Assembly: GCA_009859145.1 (NCBI GenBank) | Contig: VRVR01000061.1 | Location: 62,001-126,000 of the forward strand | Direction of reading: 5' to 3' | DNA length: 64,000 nucleotides | Source of the DNA: Andalucia godoyi And28 | Lineage: Eukaryota > Protista > Jakobida | In this document: piece after piece, positions 20,656-30,932 of the stretch | Layout: each line of letters starts with the position of its first letter | Position numbering within the stretch: the first letter of the stretch is position 1 | The notes under the pieces: generated by a model | What the model was told of the DNA's origin: nothing | Seen by the model: only the letters and a program-made list of their open reading frames with translations | The model's database searches: none | Program-made: the position numbers and the translations under genes

Positions 20656-22014
20656 TTAGTACTCCTCGGCACCTTCCTCCTCACCCTCGCCGTCGGCAGA
20701 CTCGGCTCCGACCTCCTCGTAGTCCTTCTCAAGGGCTGCAAGATCCTCGCGGGCCTCGGAGAACTCACCCTCCTCCATACCCTCACCAACATACCAGTGG
20801 ACGAAGGCACGCTTGGCGTACATGAGATCGAACTTGTGGTCCATGCGGGAGAGAACCTCGGCAATGGCAGTCGAGTTGGCCATCATGCACACAGAGCGCT
20901 GGACCTTGGCAAGATCACCTCCGGGGACAACGGTCGGGGGCTGGTAGTTGATACCAACCTTGAAACCAGTCGGGCACCAGTCAACGAACTGGATGGTACG
21001 CTTGGTCTTGATGGTGGCAATGGCGGCGTTCACGTCCTTGGGGACAACGTCTCCACGGTACATCAAGCAGCATGCCATGTACTTTCCGTGGCGGGGGTCG
21101 CACTTGGCCATCATCATGGCGGGCTCGAAGACCGAGTTGGTGATCTCGGCTACAGAGAGCTGCTCGTGGTACGCCTTCTCCGCAGAGATGATCGGGGCAT
21201 ACGAGACGACGGGGAAGTGGATACGCGGGTACGGAACCAGGTTGGTCTGGAACTCGGTCAGATCGACGTTCAGCGCACCATCGAAACGAAGGGAGGCGGT
21301 GATCGACGAGATGCACTGAGCAATCAAGCGGTTCAGGTTGGTGTACGTCGGGCGCTCAATGTCAAGAGAGCGACGGCAAATGTCATACAACGCTTCGTTG
21401 TCAACCAGGAAGGCGCAGTCCGAGTGCTCAATCATTCCGTGGCAGGCAAGAACGGTGTTGTACGGCTCGACGACTGCAGTTGCAATCTGAGGAGACGGGA
21501 AAACTCCGAACTCGAGCTTCGACTTCTTGCCGTAGTCAACAGACAAGCGCTCCAAAAGGAGGGCGCCGAAACCGGAACCGGTACCACCACCGAATGCGTG
21601 GAAGACCAAGAATCCCTGGAGACCCGTGCAGTTGTCAGCCAACTTGCGGATGCGGTCGAGCGTCAGGTCGATGATTTCCTTTCCGATGGTGTAGTGTCCA
21701 CGGGCGTAGTTGTTGGCGGCATCCTCCTTTCCGGAGATCAGCTGCTCGGGGTGGAACAGCTGGCGGTAGGTACCAGTACGGACCTCGTCAATAACAGTCG
21801 GTTCAAGATCGACGAAGACGCAGCGGGGAACATGCTTTCCAGCACCAGTCTCGGAGAAGAAGGTGTTGAAGGCATCATCCTCCATACCGATGGTCTTGTC
21901 AGAGGGCATCTGGCCGTCCGGCTGGATTCCGTGCTCGAGGCAGAAAAGCTCCCAGCAGGCGTTACCCATCTGGGCTCCGGCCTGGCCGACGTGGATCGAG
22001 ATAACTTCACGCAT
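20656..22014 (-). CDS. TUBA: Alpha-tubulin (452 aa, intronless)
   Basis: [21 protein letters not shown]40 and C-terminal EEY; strong C/G3 codon bias. True ATG at 22014. Confidence 0.99.
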   Translation of the reverse strand: MREVISIHVGQAGAQMGNACWELFCLEHGIQPDGQMPSDKTIGMEDDAFNTFFSETGAGKHVPRCVFVDLEPTVIDEVRTGTYRQLFHPEQLISGKEDAANNYARGHYTIGKEIIDLTLDRIRKLADNCTGLQGFLVFHAFGGGTGSGFGALLLERLSVDYGKKSKLEFGVFPSPQIATAVVEPYNTVLACHGMIEHSDCAFLVDNEALYDICRRSLDIERPTYTNLNRLIAQCISSITASLRFDGALNVDLTEFQTNLVPYPRIHFPVVSYAPIISAEKAYHEQLSVAEITNSVFEPAMMMAKCDPRHGKYMACCLMYRGDVVPKDVNAAIATIKTKRTIQFVDWCPTGFKVGINYQPPTVVPGGDLAKVQRSVCMMANSTAIAEVLSRMDHKFDLMYAKRAFVHWYVGEGMEEGEFSEAREDLAALEKDYEEVGAESADGEGEEEGAEEY

Positions 22015-22523
22015 TGTGTAAACTAAACAAAACCGATAATGAGGCAAGTCAAAGTTAAAAAGTTGTTGGGAAAAAGAAGAAGAAGAAGAAGAAGAAAGAA
22101 AGAAAGAAAAAGATAAGAACAAAAGGAAAGGAGGGAACGGCAAGACGGCAGGAAGAGAAGGGGAAAGGCTCCTCGAAAGAAGAAGGATGGCGGAAAAAAT
22201 TCCAAACCGCTTTATTTCTTAACCACCCTGCAAGGATAGGGGACATCAACCACGTCTGTTTCGCATGATGCTCATTGGAATGCCCGCTTGCTCACACGCT
22301 TGTCGTTTCTGCACTACAGTCACTGCCAATGCACAAGGATCAAAACAGCCGATGCAGACATTCATTCGACGAGATCGCAGTTGAAAACATCGTGGAGCAC
22401 CATTGCACGCCGATGCGAGGCAAGCAAACAACAACAAGCGATCACGCGAAACAAGGGGAACAAAAAGGTCAGTTGTGGTTTTTCGTAATGCAAATTCATT
22501 TTACAGAAAAAAAATAGAACACT

Positions 22524-22596
22524 TGTTCCCGCCCGGACTCGAACCGAGGACCTTCTCCGTGTCAAGGAGACGAAATACCAACTATTCTACGGGAAC
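22524..22596 (-). tRNA. tRNA-Val(GAC)
   Basis: Acceptor GTTCCCG/CGGGAAC with A73; D arm GAAT/TTTC; anticodon arm TCTCC-TTGACAC-GGAGA; T arm CTCGG-TTCGAGT-CCGGG; downstream T8 terminator. Confidence 0.95.
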
Positions 22597-23636
22597 TTGC
22601 GTGTTGAACCACACCCCGATGAGCAATATACTGTCTTAGACACACAGCAGAAACACACCAAACTGCATGACGCAGAGACGTTCGACGACGGTTTCTGGCC
22701 ATTACGTGTTCAATACGCAACACACCAACGTCGAACATGGAAACGGCAGAAGGGATACACCAAAGGGAAATCCCAGTGACAGCACGCAGCCATTGGATTC
22801 CGCACGGAAAGGACCGCCCAAAAAAACGAAAATGAAGCCAGATGAATTTAGAAAGGAAATGAACAACCACGATTGCGATTGAGGGTTCTCCCGATGTGCA
22901 GATACAACCACTTTCAGCCGTAAATTCAGCGAAACCGTTTCGTGGCAGACGAACCTGTCCATGAGACAACCAGACCCATCTTTGATAACCGAAAAAGTAC
23001 GGCACTCTCTCTCCATGCGGAAGCCCACGGGCATTTGCAGGGTTTGACAGAATAAGAATACACATATAGCAGGTGAAGCAGTAACCAAGTACCATCGGAA
23101 GGAACAAAGAAACATGTTGCCGACAGAATTCGTGGCACGTTACAGAAGAACCGAGAATGCCAGAACCGAGAGCCCGTCACGAGAAGCCGATGATGGGCCA
23201 CTGTGTCCATTCAGATAACGTCGCAACAGGCAACGGAAATTTCCAGCGCAGCATCCGTATGAAGCAAGTTACGGCAACGCCGTCAATGAAGTGAGACGGA
23301 AAAACAGCCTGCACTACCAGCGGCAGCGAAGTGCCGAAATTTGCAGGGAAGCACGGCACAAAGCAAAACCTCAAACTGCAGAACAAATTATTTCCCCGGC
23401 ATTCGCTTGAACTAAGAGCAGGCGGAGTGTGACGGAGAGAAAGAGATTTCAGATTCGCCGATCGATTGCCCGGACAACAATGATGCGCCGACTGACACAG
23501 AAAGCACCAAGGTGCTGCAACACCAAACTTAATGATTAGTCAAAAATCAATAATCACGTATGCTTCGGCAAGCGGACCTGCCGAGCAAACATAACTGACA
23601 ACATCTGTTGCGCCGCATCCCGCAAAGCCACGTAGC

Positions 23637-23860
23637 TGTTGAAATACCAACTGCACCAAAAGGTTTGCTAGCTACCTGTGGAATGTGGAACGTGCATTTC
23701 CAACAGTTGCAGTGTAAAACAGTTCCACAACGAGCCGTCAATGTGGGAGTAATCTACAAGTATACCGACTATCGCCGCCGAACGCAAACGGTGTTCGAAA
23801 TGCGCGTTTCACATTCCAAAGGTAGCTAGAAAACCTTTTGGCGCAGTTGGTATTTCAATA
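23637..23860. repeat. Long inverted repeat: 69-bp arms with an 86-bp spacer
   Basis: 23637-23705 versus the reverse complement of 23792-23860 gives 62/69 identical by manual alignment. Confidence 0.9.
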
Positions 23861-25319
23861 AGCGGCACCCATTGTGCAAGATGTTTTGTTTGTCCCCGCT
23901 GGTTCCAGTCGACGAGATGCGCGGCTTCGTTTTGTTTATTGTCTCTCCCATTAAACGGATTGGCTTCATACGGTCCTTTTTCAAATCCAACTTCAAAGTC
24001 TTCTTCTTCTACTGTTCATCCGTTTCTCTGTGGGACAATTGGAAGTTCTTTTTGATGCTGAAGTTCGCAGTTGATTTATTTGACGTAAATGACGGAGGCT
24101 GTTGCAGTGTTCTCTGCAGTGCCATGCATTTTACGAGTGCCATCTTCTCTTGTTTGACAAGCTGTTATAAATGACGCATCATGCAGGATTTGAGACCGAG
24201 CGGCGACAATTTCTGCATGATTCCGGTCTTCTGGGCTCTACTGAGATTCTGATAACTGAGATTGCCGGCTCACAGGAGAATTTACAATTGTCCTTCGATT
24301 GATGAGCATCTATCCTTGACACTGCAGACCGTTGAGCCTCCCTTTTTTAAATTCGAATGTTGCCTGATGGAGCTCAGAGAGTTGCTGTCAGTTGTTCACA
24401 ACGACTGGTAAACTTCAGCGTTTTCTTTTTTCTCATTCACAACAAATGCTTTTTTTAAGATGATCTTCGTCGTCCGCTATGGCCTCGTGTGAGTGGCTGC
24501 TGGATCGGAACATGTTGATTGCTCTCATTTCTGTTGGATTTTTGCATTTCTTTCATCTGCTTCCTGCCGACGGTCTTGAAATTTGCTTGGCAGCTTCAAC
24601 TCGAATGAAGAATGTTGGGTTCCACTGCCAGCCCCCGCATGTTTCCAGTAGTCGATCGCGCACAACGGTTTGAATTTCGCAGTATCGTAGCTGACACCAG
24701 ACGGCGTCTGCTGTCAAGGTGACTGAGAACGCAGCAAGCCGCTTATGCGTTGTTGGGCCATCTCCAACCGGCTGACTTCCGAAGGTCCCTCAGTTGTCTT
24801 GTTGCCACGTTCCATCTCGTTCTTTACTGCGAACCAGTTTGCGCAACTTAGCGACCTGTTTTACAACACTGCTGCTTCCACGTAGACACTTTTGATCACA
24901 CTGGGGGATCTGAATGAGTGGTTGGTTCAGCCCGCGGACTTTCATTTTGATCTGGCGATTTGCGTGATGCTGTCGTTGCATTTTCTACACCAACATCCAT
25001 TTCAGCCGCAGTTTTGAAAGGCGTTGGATCCGGTTTTTTCTTCTTCTTTCTGTTCTCCTCTTCTTTGTGGGATCCGCTAAGTTTCGCGCCTCTGGAAGTC
25101 GAGAACAGAACGGGACTGGCTGTGGATGGCCGAGTCTTGTATTTCTTCAACTGTTGTAGTGTTGCCGAAAATTGCGAGTGCTTGAGTCACGTTTACGAGC
25201 TGCTCGTGTTTCGTAAATGCCGAACTGCCGAACTGCTGAACTGCTGAACTGGTGCACCCGCGTTCGTTTCTTTTTATTTTCCTGCAGAACTCGGGAGCGG
25301 CAGGGTCCACTTTGTCTGA

Positions 25320-25799
25320 ATGAACGTATTTTCCAGAATACAACAGTCTCTCAGGAACTCCCGAGAGAGTTTTAAAGAGGTGACCCTACGGTATGGCAAG
25401 GTTGCCCTCGGAGTGCATGTGGGACTGGGTCTGTGTTCTCTTGCAACCATGTACGGTGCAGTTCGAGCGGGCTTGGATGTTAAGTCTGTGATGACTTCTG
25501 TTGGACTTGATCTTGGTGATAAGGTTTCCGATGAAGTTGGTTCCTTCATTGTAGCCTATGCTGCCCACAAGGCATTGGCGCCTGTCCGAATTCCTATTAC
25601 CATTGCTGTCACTCCGTTTGTCGCCCGAAAGCTCAAGAGACTTCCATTGAACGGGCCAGTTGGCTCTGCATCACAGCCTGCAAATTCTTCTTCGCCTGCA
25701 TCAACAGATGCAACTAAGATATCGCAGCCTTTATCGCCGGCTGAGTCAATGTCTTCTGGAAAATCCAAATCCAAAGACTACACCGAGCAGAATCCGTGA
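25320..25799 (+). CDS. FAM210/DUF1279 family membrane protein
   Basis: YGKVALGVHVGL...YGAVRAGLDV...FIVAYAAHKALAPVRIPITIAVTPFVAR. Confidence 0.85.
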   Translation: MNVFSRIQQSLRNSRESFKEVTLRYGKVALGVHVGLGLCSLATMYGAVRAGLDVKSVMTSVGLDLGDKVSDEVGSFIVAYAAHKALAPVRIPITIAVTPFVARKLKRLPLNGPVGSASQPANSSSPASTDATKISQPLSPAESMSSGKSKSKDYTEQNP

Positions 25800-25943
25800 A
25801 CACTCCTTGCAGACCTGTTTTAAAAAGATAATGCATTTTTTTTTTTCAGATTCAGATATTCATTTTGTGCAAGGTTCAGTTGATTTTAATTGCTTTGTTG
25901 GGTTACATATACAAGGCAGAGTTAGGTTTTAGTACAGTCCAAG

Positions 25944-27275
25944 TTACTTTGAAGCGACAGTCAGATGGCCTGCAGAAGACTTTGTGGGTGACATGAACCG
26001 TGGTGCTGCAGTAGTCTTGGAGGGCTTTGACACCGCCGAGCTCTTTGCGATCGGGACTGCCGGAGTGCTGTTTTCTTTCCCATTAGAAGCAGAAAACGGG
26101 ACATTGATCTTCTTGGACACCGTGGAGACAGTCTTCAGTTGATCCGCCTTTTTGAGCGGGACCACTTTCTTTTCGGCTTGCTTGTTCTCCACCGTCGAAA
26201 GTTTCGGACGTGATGACAGAGGAATCGACGCCGTAAGCACCGGAACAACTCCGGCAGCCATTTTTGCTCGCTTGGCTTCACGTTCTTCATAGACAGTACG
26301 AATGTCCTTGTCCTTCTCAAATGCCCTTCCATGTGCAGCATCAAACGGCCTCTTGGTCGGTTTGGTCATCATGGGTTTGGCTGCATTTGCCTTCTTTGCA
26401 GACAAGTTAAGAACGCGCTGAGTCAGCTCGTCCTCCACCTTTTGCTGGACGGACGAAGTTGCAGGCGCAGCTGTCACTTGGCTAGCCGTTGCAGTAGCCG
26501 GTGCAGCCGAGAGCGCGGATGCGGGGGCAACAGCGGCGACCTCAATGTTGTCAAAGTTCAAGGCTTTGGCCGGAGTTTTGATTTCTGCGACGTGTTGGGT
26601 GAGAGTTTGTTCTTCCATGGAAACGTCTTCCTTTGCTTGGGTCCTTGCAATGGGAGATGCCAGAGCGAGAACAGACGGCGACATCATGCGCAAGACATCG
26701 ATTGGCTTTTCAGGAATTAGCTTCTTTGCAGAGGCAGAAAGACGGCGGACAAAGCCATTGAAGTTGTATCGAGAGGGAGATGCAAAAGACTTTTGCGCAA
26801 CCACAGCAGGTATCTCTTCGCTCGTTGGTGCGATTGCTGCCGCGGGAGCGACAACAGCCTGCTTCTCGACCACTGCTTCCTCGGCCTTTTCAACCTTTTC
26901 AACTTTTTCAACTTTTTCAACTTTTTCAACTTGTTCGAGTTTGTTTTCTGTCTTTTGACTCTTCTTTTGCTTCTTCTGGGCCTTCTGCGTCTTGTCTCCA
27001 CTTGCAATGACTACGCTGACAGGTGCAAAGACCATCTCAGCAATAGCAGCTTCGGCAGCGGGGGCTTCGACAACAGCAGCTTCGGCAGCGGGGGCTGCCA
27101 TGATCACATCTTCCTGAACCGTGGCAGGGACATTGCGCAACAGGGCCGAAAGTTCCTCAATCATCTCAACGTTCTTCTTGTTTGCCTTGACTCCGTTTCT
27201 CTTGGCAAGCGCCTGAAGTTCGGGTCTCTTGAGAGCCTGCAGTTCTTCTACTGACGCATATCCAAGGTCCGACAT
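25944..27275 (-). CDS. NuSAP-like microtubule-associated protein
   Basis: N-terminal SAP/HeH-like LKRPELQALAKRNGVKANKK; central FDAAHGRAFEK..I..YEER resembling NuSAP FxxxHxxxF; C-terminal PRFMSPTKSS. Confidence 0.6.
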   Translation of the reverse strand: MSDLGYASVEELQALKRPELQALAKRNGVKANKKNVEMIEELSALLRNVPATVQEDVIMAAPAAEAAVVEAPAAEAAIAEMVFAPVSVVIASGDKTQKAQKKQKKSQKTENKLEQVEKVEKVEKVEKVEKAEEAVVEKQAVVAPAAAIAPTSEEIPAVVAQKSFASPSRYNFNGFVRRLSASAKKLIPEKPIDVLRMMSPSVLALASPIARTQAKEDVSMEEQTLTQHVAEIKTPAKALNFDNIEVAAVAPASALSAAPATATASQVTAAPATSSVQQKVEDELTQRVLNLSAKKANAAKPMMTKPTKRPFDAAHGRAFEKDKDIRTVYEEREAKRAKMAAGVVPVLTASIPLSSRPKLSTVENKQAEKKVVPLKKADQLKTVSTVSKKINVPFSASNGKENSTPAVPIAKSSAVSKPSKTTAAPRFMSPTKSSAGHLTVASK

Positions 27276-27983
27276 TGTTGTGACTGCTTTTCGTTATGTC
27301 GCTTCCAAAAAAACAAAAACAAAAAACAAACGAACAAGACTGTTATAAACCAAAAAGCGAAATAAAAGTTGCAGTCAGCACAAAGGAAAGAAGGAGGAAG
27401 AGCAAGGCGACGAGGACCGACAGGCGAAAGCAGCACGAGGTTTCAAACGGAACACGAAAAAACGATTCCTGGAACCGTTAAAAATGTCAAAATGTCCGGC
27501 AGAGAGACTTTTGCACTGCGAGTATGTCGACAATCGTCAACGGGCAGCGAGCTGAACAGTTGTAACTTGTATGGGTTTTTTGTAAGGTTGTCGATCTCTC
27601 TCTCTTTTTGATTGGATCATTTTGACTTGACCGTGCCTTGCCACTTCCTGATTCCAGGGAATTCGCCGCTCGCTGGACCTCATACACGCATCCCAACCTC
27701 CAAGGATTGCATCACTCTGCTCTCCGTTTTTTCCTAGTTGTTGTTCCCCCCCTATTCCGTAGGTCTCCAAGGTGCCCCATTTTCCCACCCTTCTTCCTGA
27801 AAGCTTTTTAAGCATCTTTTCTTCTCTTCTCTTTTTCTTTTTCTTTTTCTTTTTCTTTTTCTTCTTCTCTTCTTTGGATATCGTATTCTCATTGACGGTT
27901 CTGCAGTGAACCCCGGTGTTGAATTGTCACACTCACACTCACACTCACACAAGTGTACACACAAAACTCAATCGGAACCGCTC

Positions 27984-29225
27984 ATGATTCGCTCTCGATC
28001 GCGCGTCACCCTTGCGACAACGACGTCGTCGATTGCGGGTTCTGCAGTGCTGATTTTCATTGCGCTGTCCTTTGTTTTCACTCTTGTTTTCGTTGCTTCG
28101 GGCCCTTCCTCGCTGTCGCCATCCGGTGTGATCAGTTCTTCTTTTTCGTCGTCGTCGTCGTCGTCGTCGTCGTCATCTTCTTCATCTGATGTCGCACACC
28201 CAACATTTGCGATGAGATCTCGGCTTCACGCTCGTGTTCCTTCTGACCGCCCAAAGCTCGCGGATCCTGCAAATTCATACAGCATTGCTGTTGTTTCGGA
28301 CCAGGATAAGAATTCGCGCGTCGGTACATCGCTGACATTCAAGTCAACGCTGCGCCTTGCGAATCTTCGGTTTTCGGACGACGCAAATGCAAATGAGGAT
28401 AAGGAGTCCGGAAACAAGTCTTCGTATTCCGTCGAATGGACGAAGGATATTGTTCTGGAGTCTACGCTGAATGAGAATGGACGTGGAATGGAACTCTCGG
28501 AATTGTGGACGATGGAAGATTCGCTGTATGCATGTGACGACAGGACCGGCATTGTGTACGAAATTCTGTTGAGTCAAGGCAGAGTCGTCCCGAGAGCAAT
28601 CCTTTCAGATGGTCCCGGAGATGTGACAAAGGGATTCAAGTGTGAATGGGCTGTTGTCATGGACGGAACCTCTGTGTACATTGGTTCAATGGGCAAGGAG
28701 TACACCACCGCCGATGGTGACACCATTCTGTCAGATTCTCCATTGTTTGTCAAGAAACTTGACCAGAATTTGTCTGTGCAGCACGTTCCCTGGAAGCATG
28801 TGTTTGACAGAATGCGAGCTGCATCGGGACACATGCATCCTTCGTATCTCTTGCATGAATCGGCTTGCTTCAATGACAAGACACGCCAATGGTACTTCTT
28901 CCCTCGCAGAGTTTCGGAAGAAAAATACGATGAGGTCCAGGATGCATTCCGAGCTGGTGATATTATGATCACTGCGGATGAGGAACTCCGTCAGTTTGAG
29001 GTCAAGAAGTTCCAGACAAACACGCAGAAGGGGCTTCGTGCGGTTTCTTCCTGCAAAGTTGTTCCAGGAAGATATGATGAGGTTGTTTTGCTCAAGTCTG
29101 AAGAGCAAGACGGTGAAGATGGCAACAAGGGATTCCTTTCTGTTATTCGTGCTTCGGACGGGCAAATCGTCATGGACGATGTGTTCGTTGGTTCTGAAAA
29201 ATACGAAGGAGTCGCCTTCTTGTAA
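27984..29225 (+). CDS. CANT1: Soluble calcium-activated nucleotidase (apyrase, CANT1 family)
   Basis: N-terminal TM anchor; GRGMELSEL, DDRTGIVY, GFKCEW, HES, FFPRR and KYEG. Confidence 0.93.
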   Translation: MIRSRSRVTLATTTSSIAGSAVLIFIALSFVFTLVFVASGPSSLSPSGVISSSFSSSSSSSSSSSSSSDVAHPTFAMRSRLHARVPSDRPKLADPANSYSIAVVSDQDKNSRVGTSLTFKSTLRLANLRFSDDANANEDKESGNKSSYSVEWTKDIVLESTLNENGRGMELSELWTMEDSLYACDDRTGIVYEILLSQGRVVPRAILSDGPGDVTKGFKCEWAVVMDGTSVYIGSMGKEYTTADGDTILSDSPLFVKKLDQNLSVQHVPWKHVFDRMRAASGHMHPSYLLHESACFNDKTRQWYFFPRRVSEEKYDEVQDAFRAGDIMITADEELRQFEVKKFQTNTQKGLRAVSSCKVVPGRYDEVVLLKSEEQDGEDGNKGFLSVIRASDGQIVMDDVFVGSEKYEGVAFL

Positions 29226-29456
29226 GGAAGAACGCCTGGGTCTTCTTGGATCCCACAATCGCGAAGGATGCAAGCTGTCACGATTCACAATGAGCGTCTT
29301 GTGAATCGTGACAGCTTGCATGACCCAATGATTGTCATGTACATTTGTTTTTGTTTTTGTTGCTGTTGTTGTAAAATTGTATTGCTGTGGATGTTTTTGA
29401 TGCACAACTACAGGATTCAGAAATGCACGAGAGAGAGAGAGATGGGTGCTAAGGCC

Positions 29457-30782
29457 TCAGGGCGCGAAAGGTCGCCTTCCATCGGGAGTCACGACCGTTG
29501 AGTGTCGTCCTTCACACAAAGAGGCAGACCACTCAACGTTGGATGGAGACTGAGTTGCATGCAGCAAATGTCGCAACTCAGTGAACGGCCGCTTTGCAAA
29601 GGATGAAGACGATGGCGACCCATCGCGACTGGAGCCAGACACTATCGACGATGAATACGAATCCGAGAGCGAACCCTGCGATCCCACGACTGGACTTTTT
29701 TTGAGCCTGAACTGTGCAACCTTGTGGTCAACTTCATTGAAGTCGTGCTGCTGACTTGACACACTGGCTGGAGTTGAATACGCCTGCGACCGAGTCGCAG
29801 AAGACGGTCGCTTTCTCAGAGGTGACGGAGACAGAACAGGTTGGGCAGGGGTTGTGCGCGCAGGCTTCGGGCTGTGCTCTCTCCTGGGATGCGACACGGA
29901 GTGTGGCTGAGTATGGGAGGAGGAACCCCGAGAAACGCCTTGTTTTGAAGCAGTGTAGCGTGTGTCATTTCGGAACTGAGGAGAATCTGGCTTGTGCAGC
30001 GGAGAAGATGGTTCATTCGTTTTCCCTTGTTTGATCGCCACCAGCGGACGCGGGTCTCCTCGAGCCTTGCGAAATTCCGCAAGAAGCGACCACTCGTCCT
30101 CCGTCACCTCAATCAACCGCATCTTTTCTACCTTTGATGGCGGGGGTGTTCGGAAAAGAGAGTTCGAAGAAGCGCTTTTCAACGGCTTGCGATCCTGTCC
30201 ACTGTCCACTGGGAATGCAGGTGCAAGCACCGGCGAGCCGGGCTCAACGCTACCGGACGTGCCTTGAACTTTTGGCGAAGAAGATTGTGGAACATTCTGA
30301 TGCAGTGATGATGACGCTGTTTGCGTTTGCGGCTGTTGCTGAAGTGCCGACAGGTTCAGGTGAAACGGTCTCTTTTGTGCAGAACTGAGGGCCTTTCCAG
30401 AAGCTTGTTCCGAGTTTTCCATGATAATCGTGGATGAAAACGACGGAAATGGAGCTCCAGCAGTAGGATTTCGTTGCGATACAGGTTGCTTACCATGGTC
30501 CTGTTGCAGCTGCAGCAGCTGTTGCTGTTGTTGCTCAGGAGTGCTGCGCTGATCAACCACAGAGGGAGTGGAGAACGATGACGATGTCGACGAAGATGCT
30601 GCCGGGTGCGAAATCGAGTCCAGGCGCTGTTCCATGGCCTCCAACTTGCGTTGCCAGTCCACTAGTGACAGCTCAATTTCCGAAAGTCGCAAGTGCTCGG
30701 TGGCTGACGCAGCGCGTCCAGGAGTCGAATGCGACAGAAGGTCCAGGAATTCATCGGTGGAAGCAAGAGACGAAACACTCAT
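29457..30782 (-). CDS. Hypothetical Ser/Pro/Gln-rich protein
   Basis: Long ORF with likely ATG at 30782; short coiled coil near the N-terminus; otherwise low complexity. Confidence 0.75.
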   Translation of the reverse strand: MSVSSLASTDEFLDLLSHSTPGRAASATEHLRLSEIELSLVDWQRKLEAMEQRLDSISHPAASSSTSSSFSTPSVVDQRSTPEQQQQQLLQLQQDHGKQPVSQRNPTAGAPFPSFSSTIIMENSEQASGKALSSAQKRPFHLNLSALQQQPQTQTASSSLHQNVPQSSSPKVQGTSGSVEPGSPVLAPAFPVDSGQDRKPLKSASSNSLFRTPPPSKVEKMRLIEVTEDEWSLLAEFRKARGDPRPLVAIKQGKTNEPSSPLHKPDSPQFRNDTRYTASKQGVSRGSSSHTQPHSVSHPRREHSPKPARTTPAQPVLSPSPLRKRPSSATRSQAYSTPASVSSQQHDFNEVDHKVAQFRLKKSPVVGSQGSLSDSYSSSIVSGSSRDGSPSSSSFAKRPFTELRHLLHATQSPSNVEWSASLCEGRHSTVVTPDGRRPFAP

Positions 30783-30895
30783 TCGTCGTGGGCAGTACAC
30801 TGGCAAACTACCTGGCTTTCTCCCTTCCTGATGAAGCAACTCAACTCGGCGACTCTTGGACCACCACGGCTTTCTGCACAATCAATTAAATCACG

Positions 30896-30932
<37 letters not shown>

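Noticed and set aside
20797-22026. 409-aa ORF on + strand
   Set aside because: Antisense shadow of the strongly codon-biased alpha-tubulin gene.
24790-25150. Spliced gene on - strand using GT..AG at about 24900-24855
   Set aside because: Candidate splice sites are non-consensus and joining them does not yield a long ORF.
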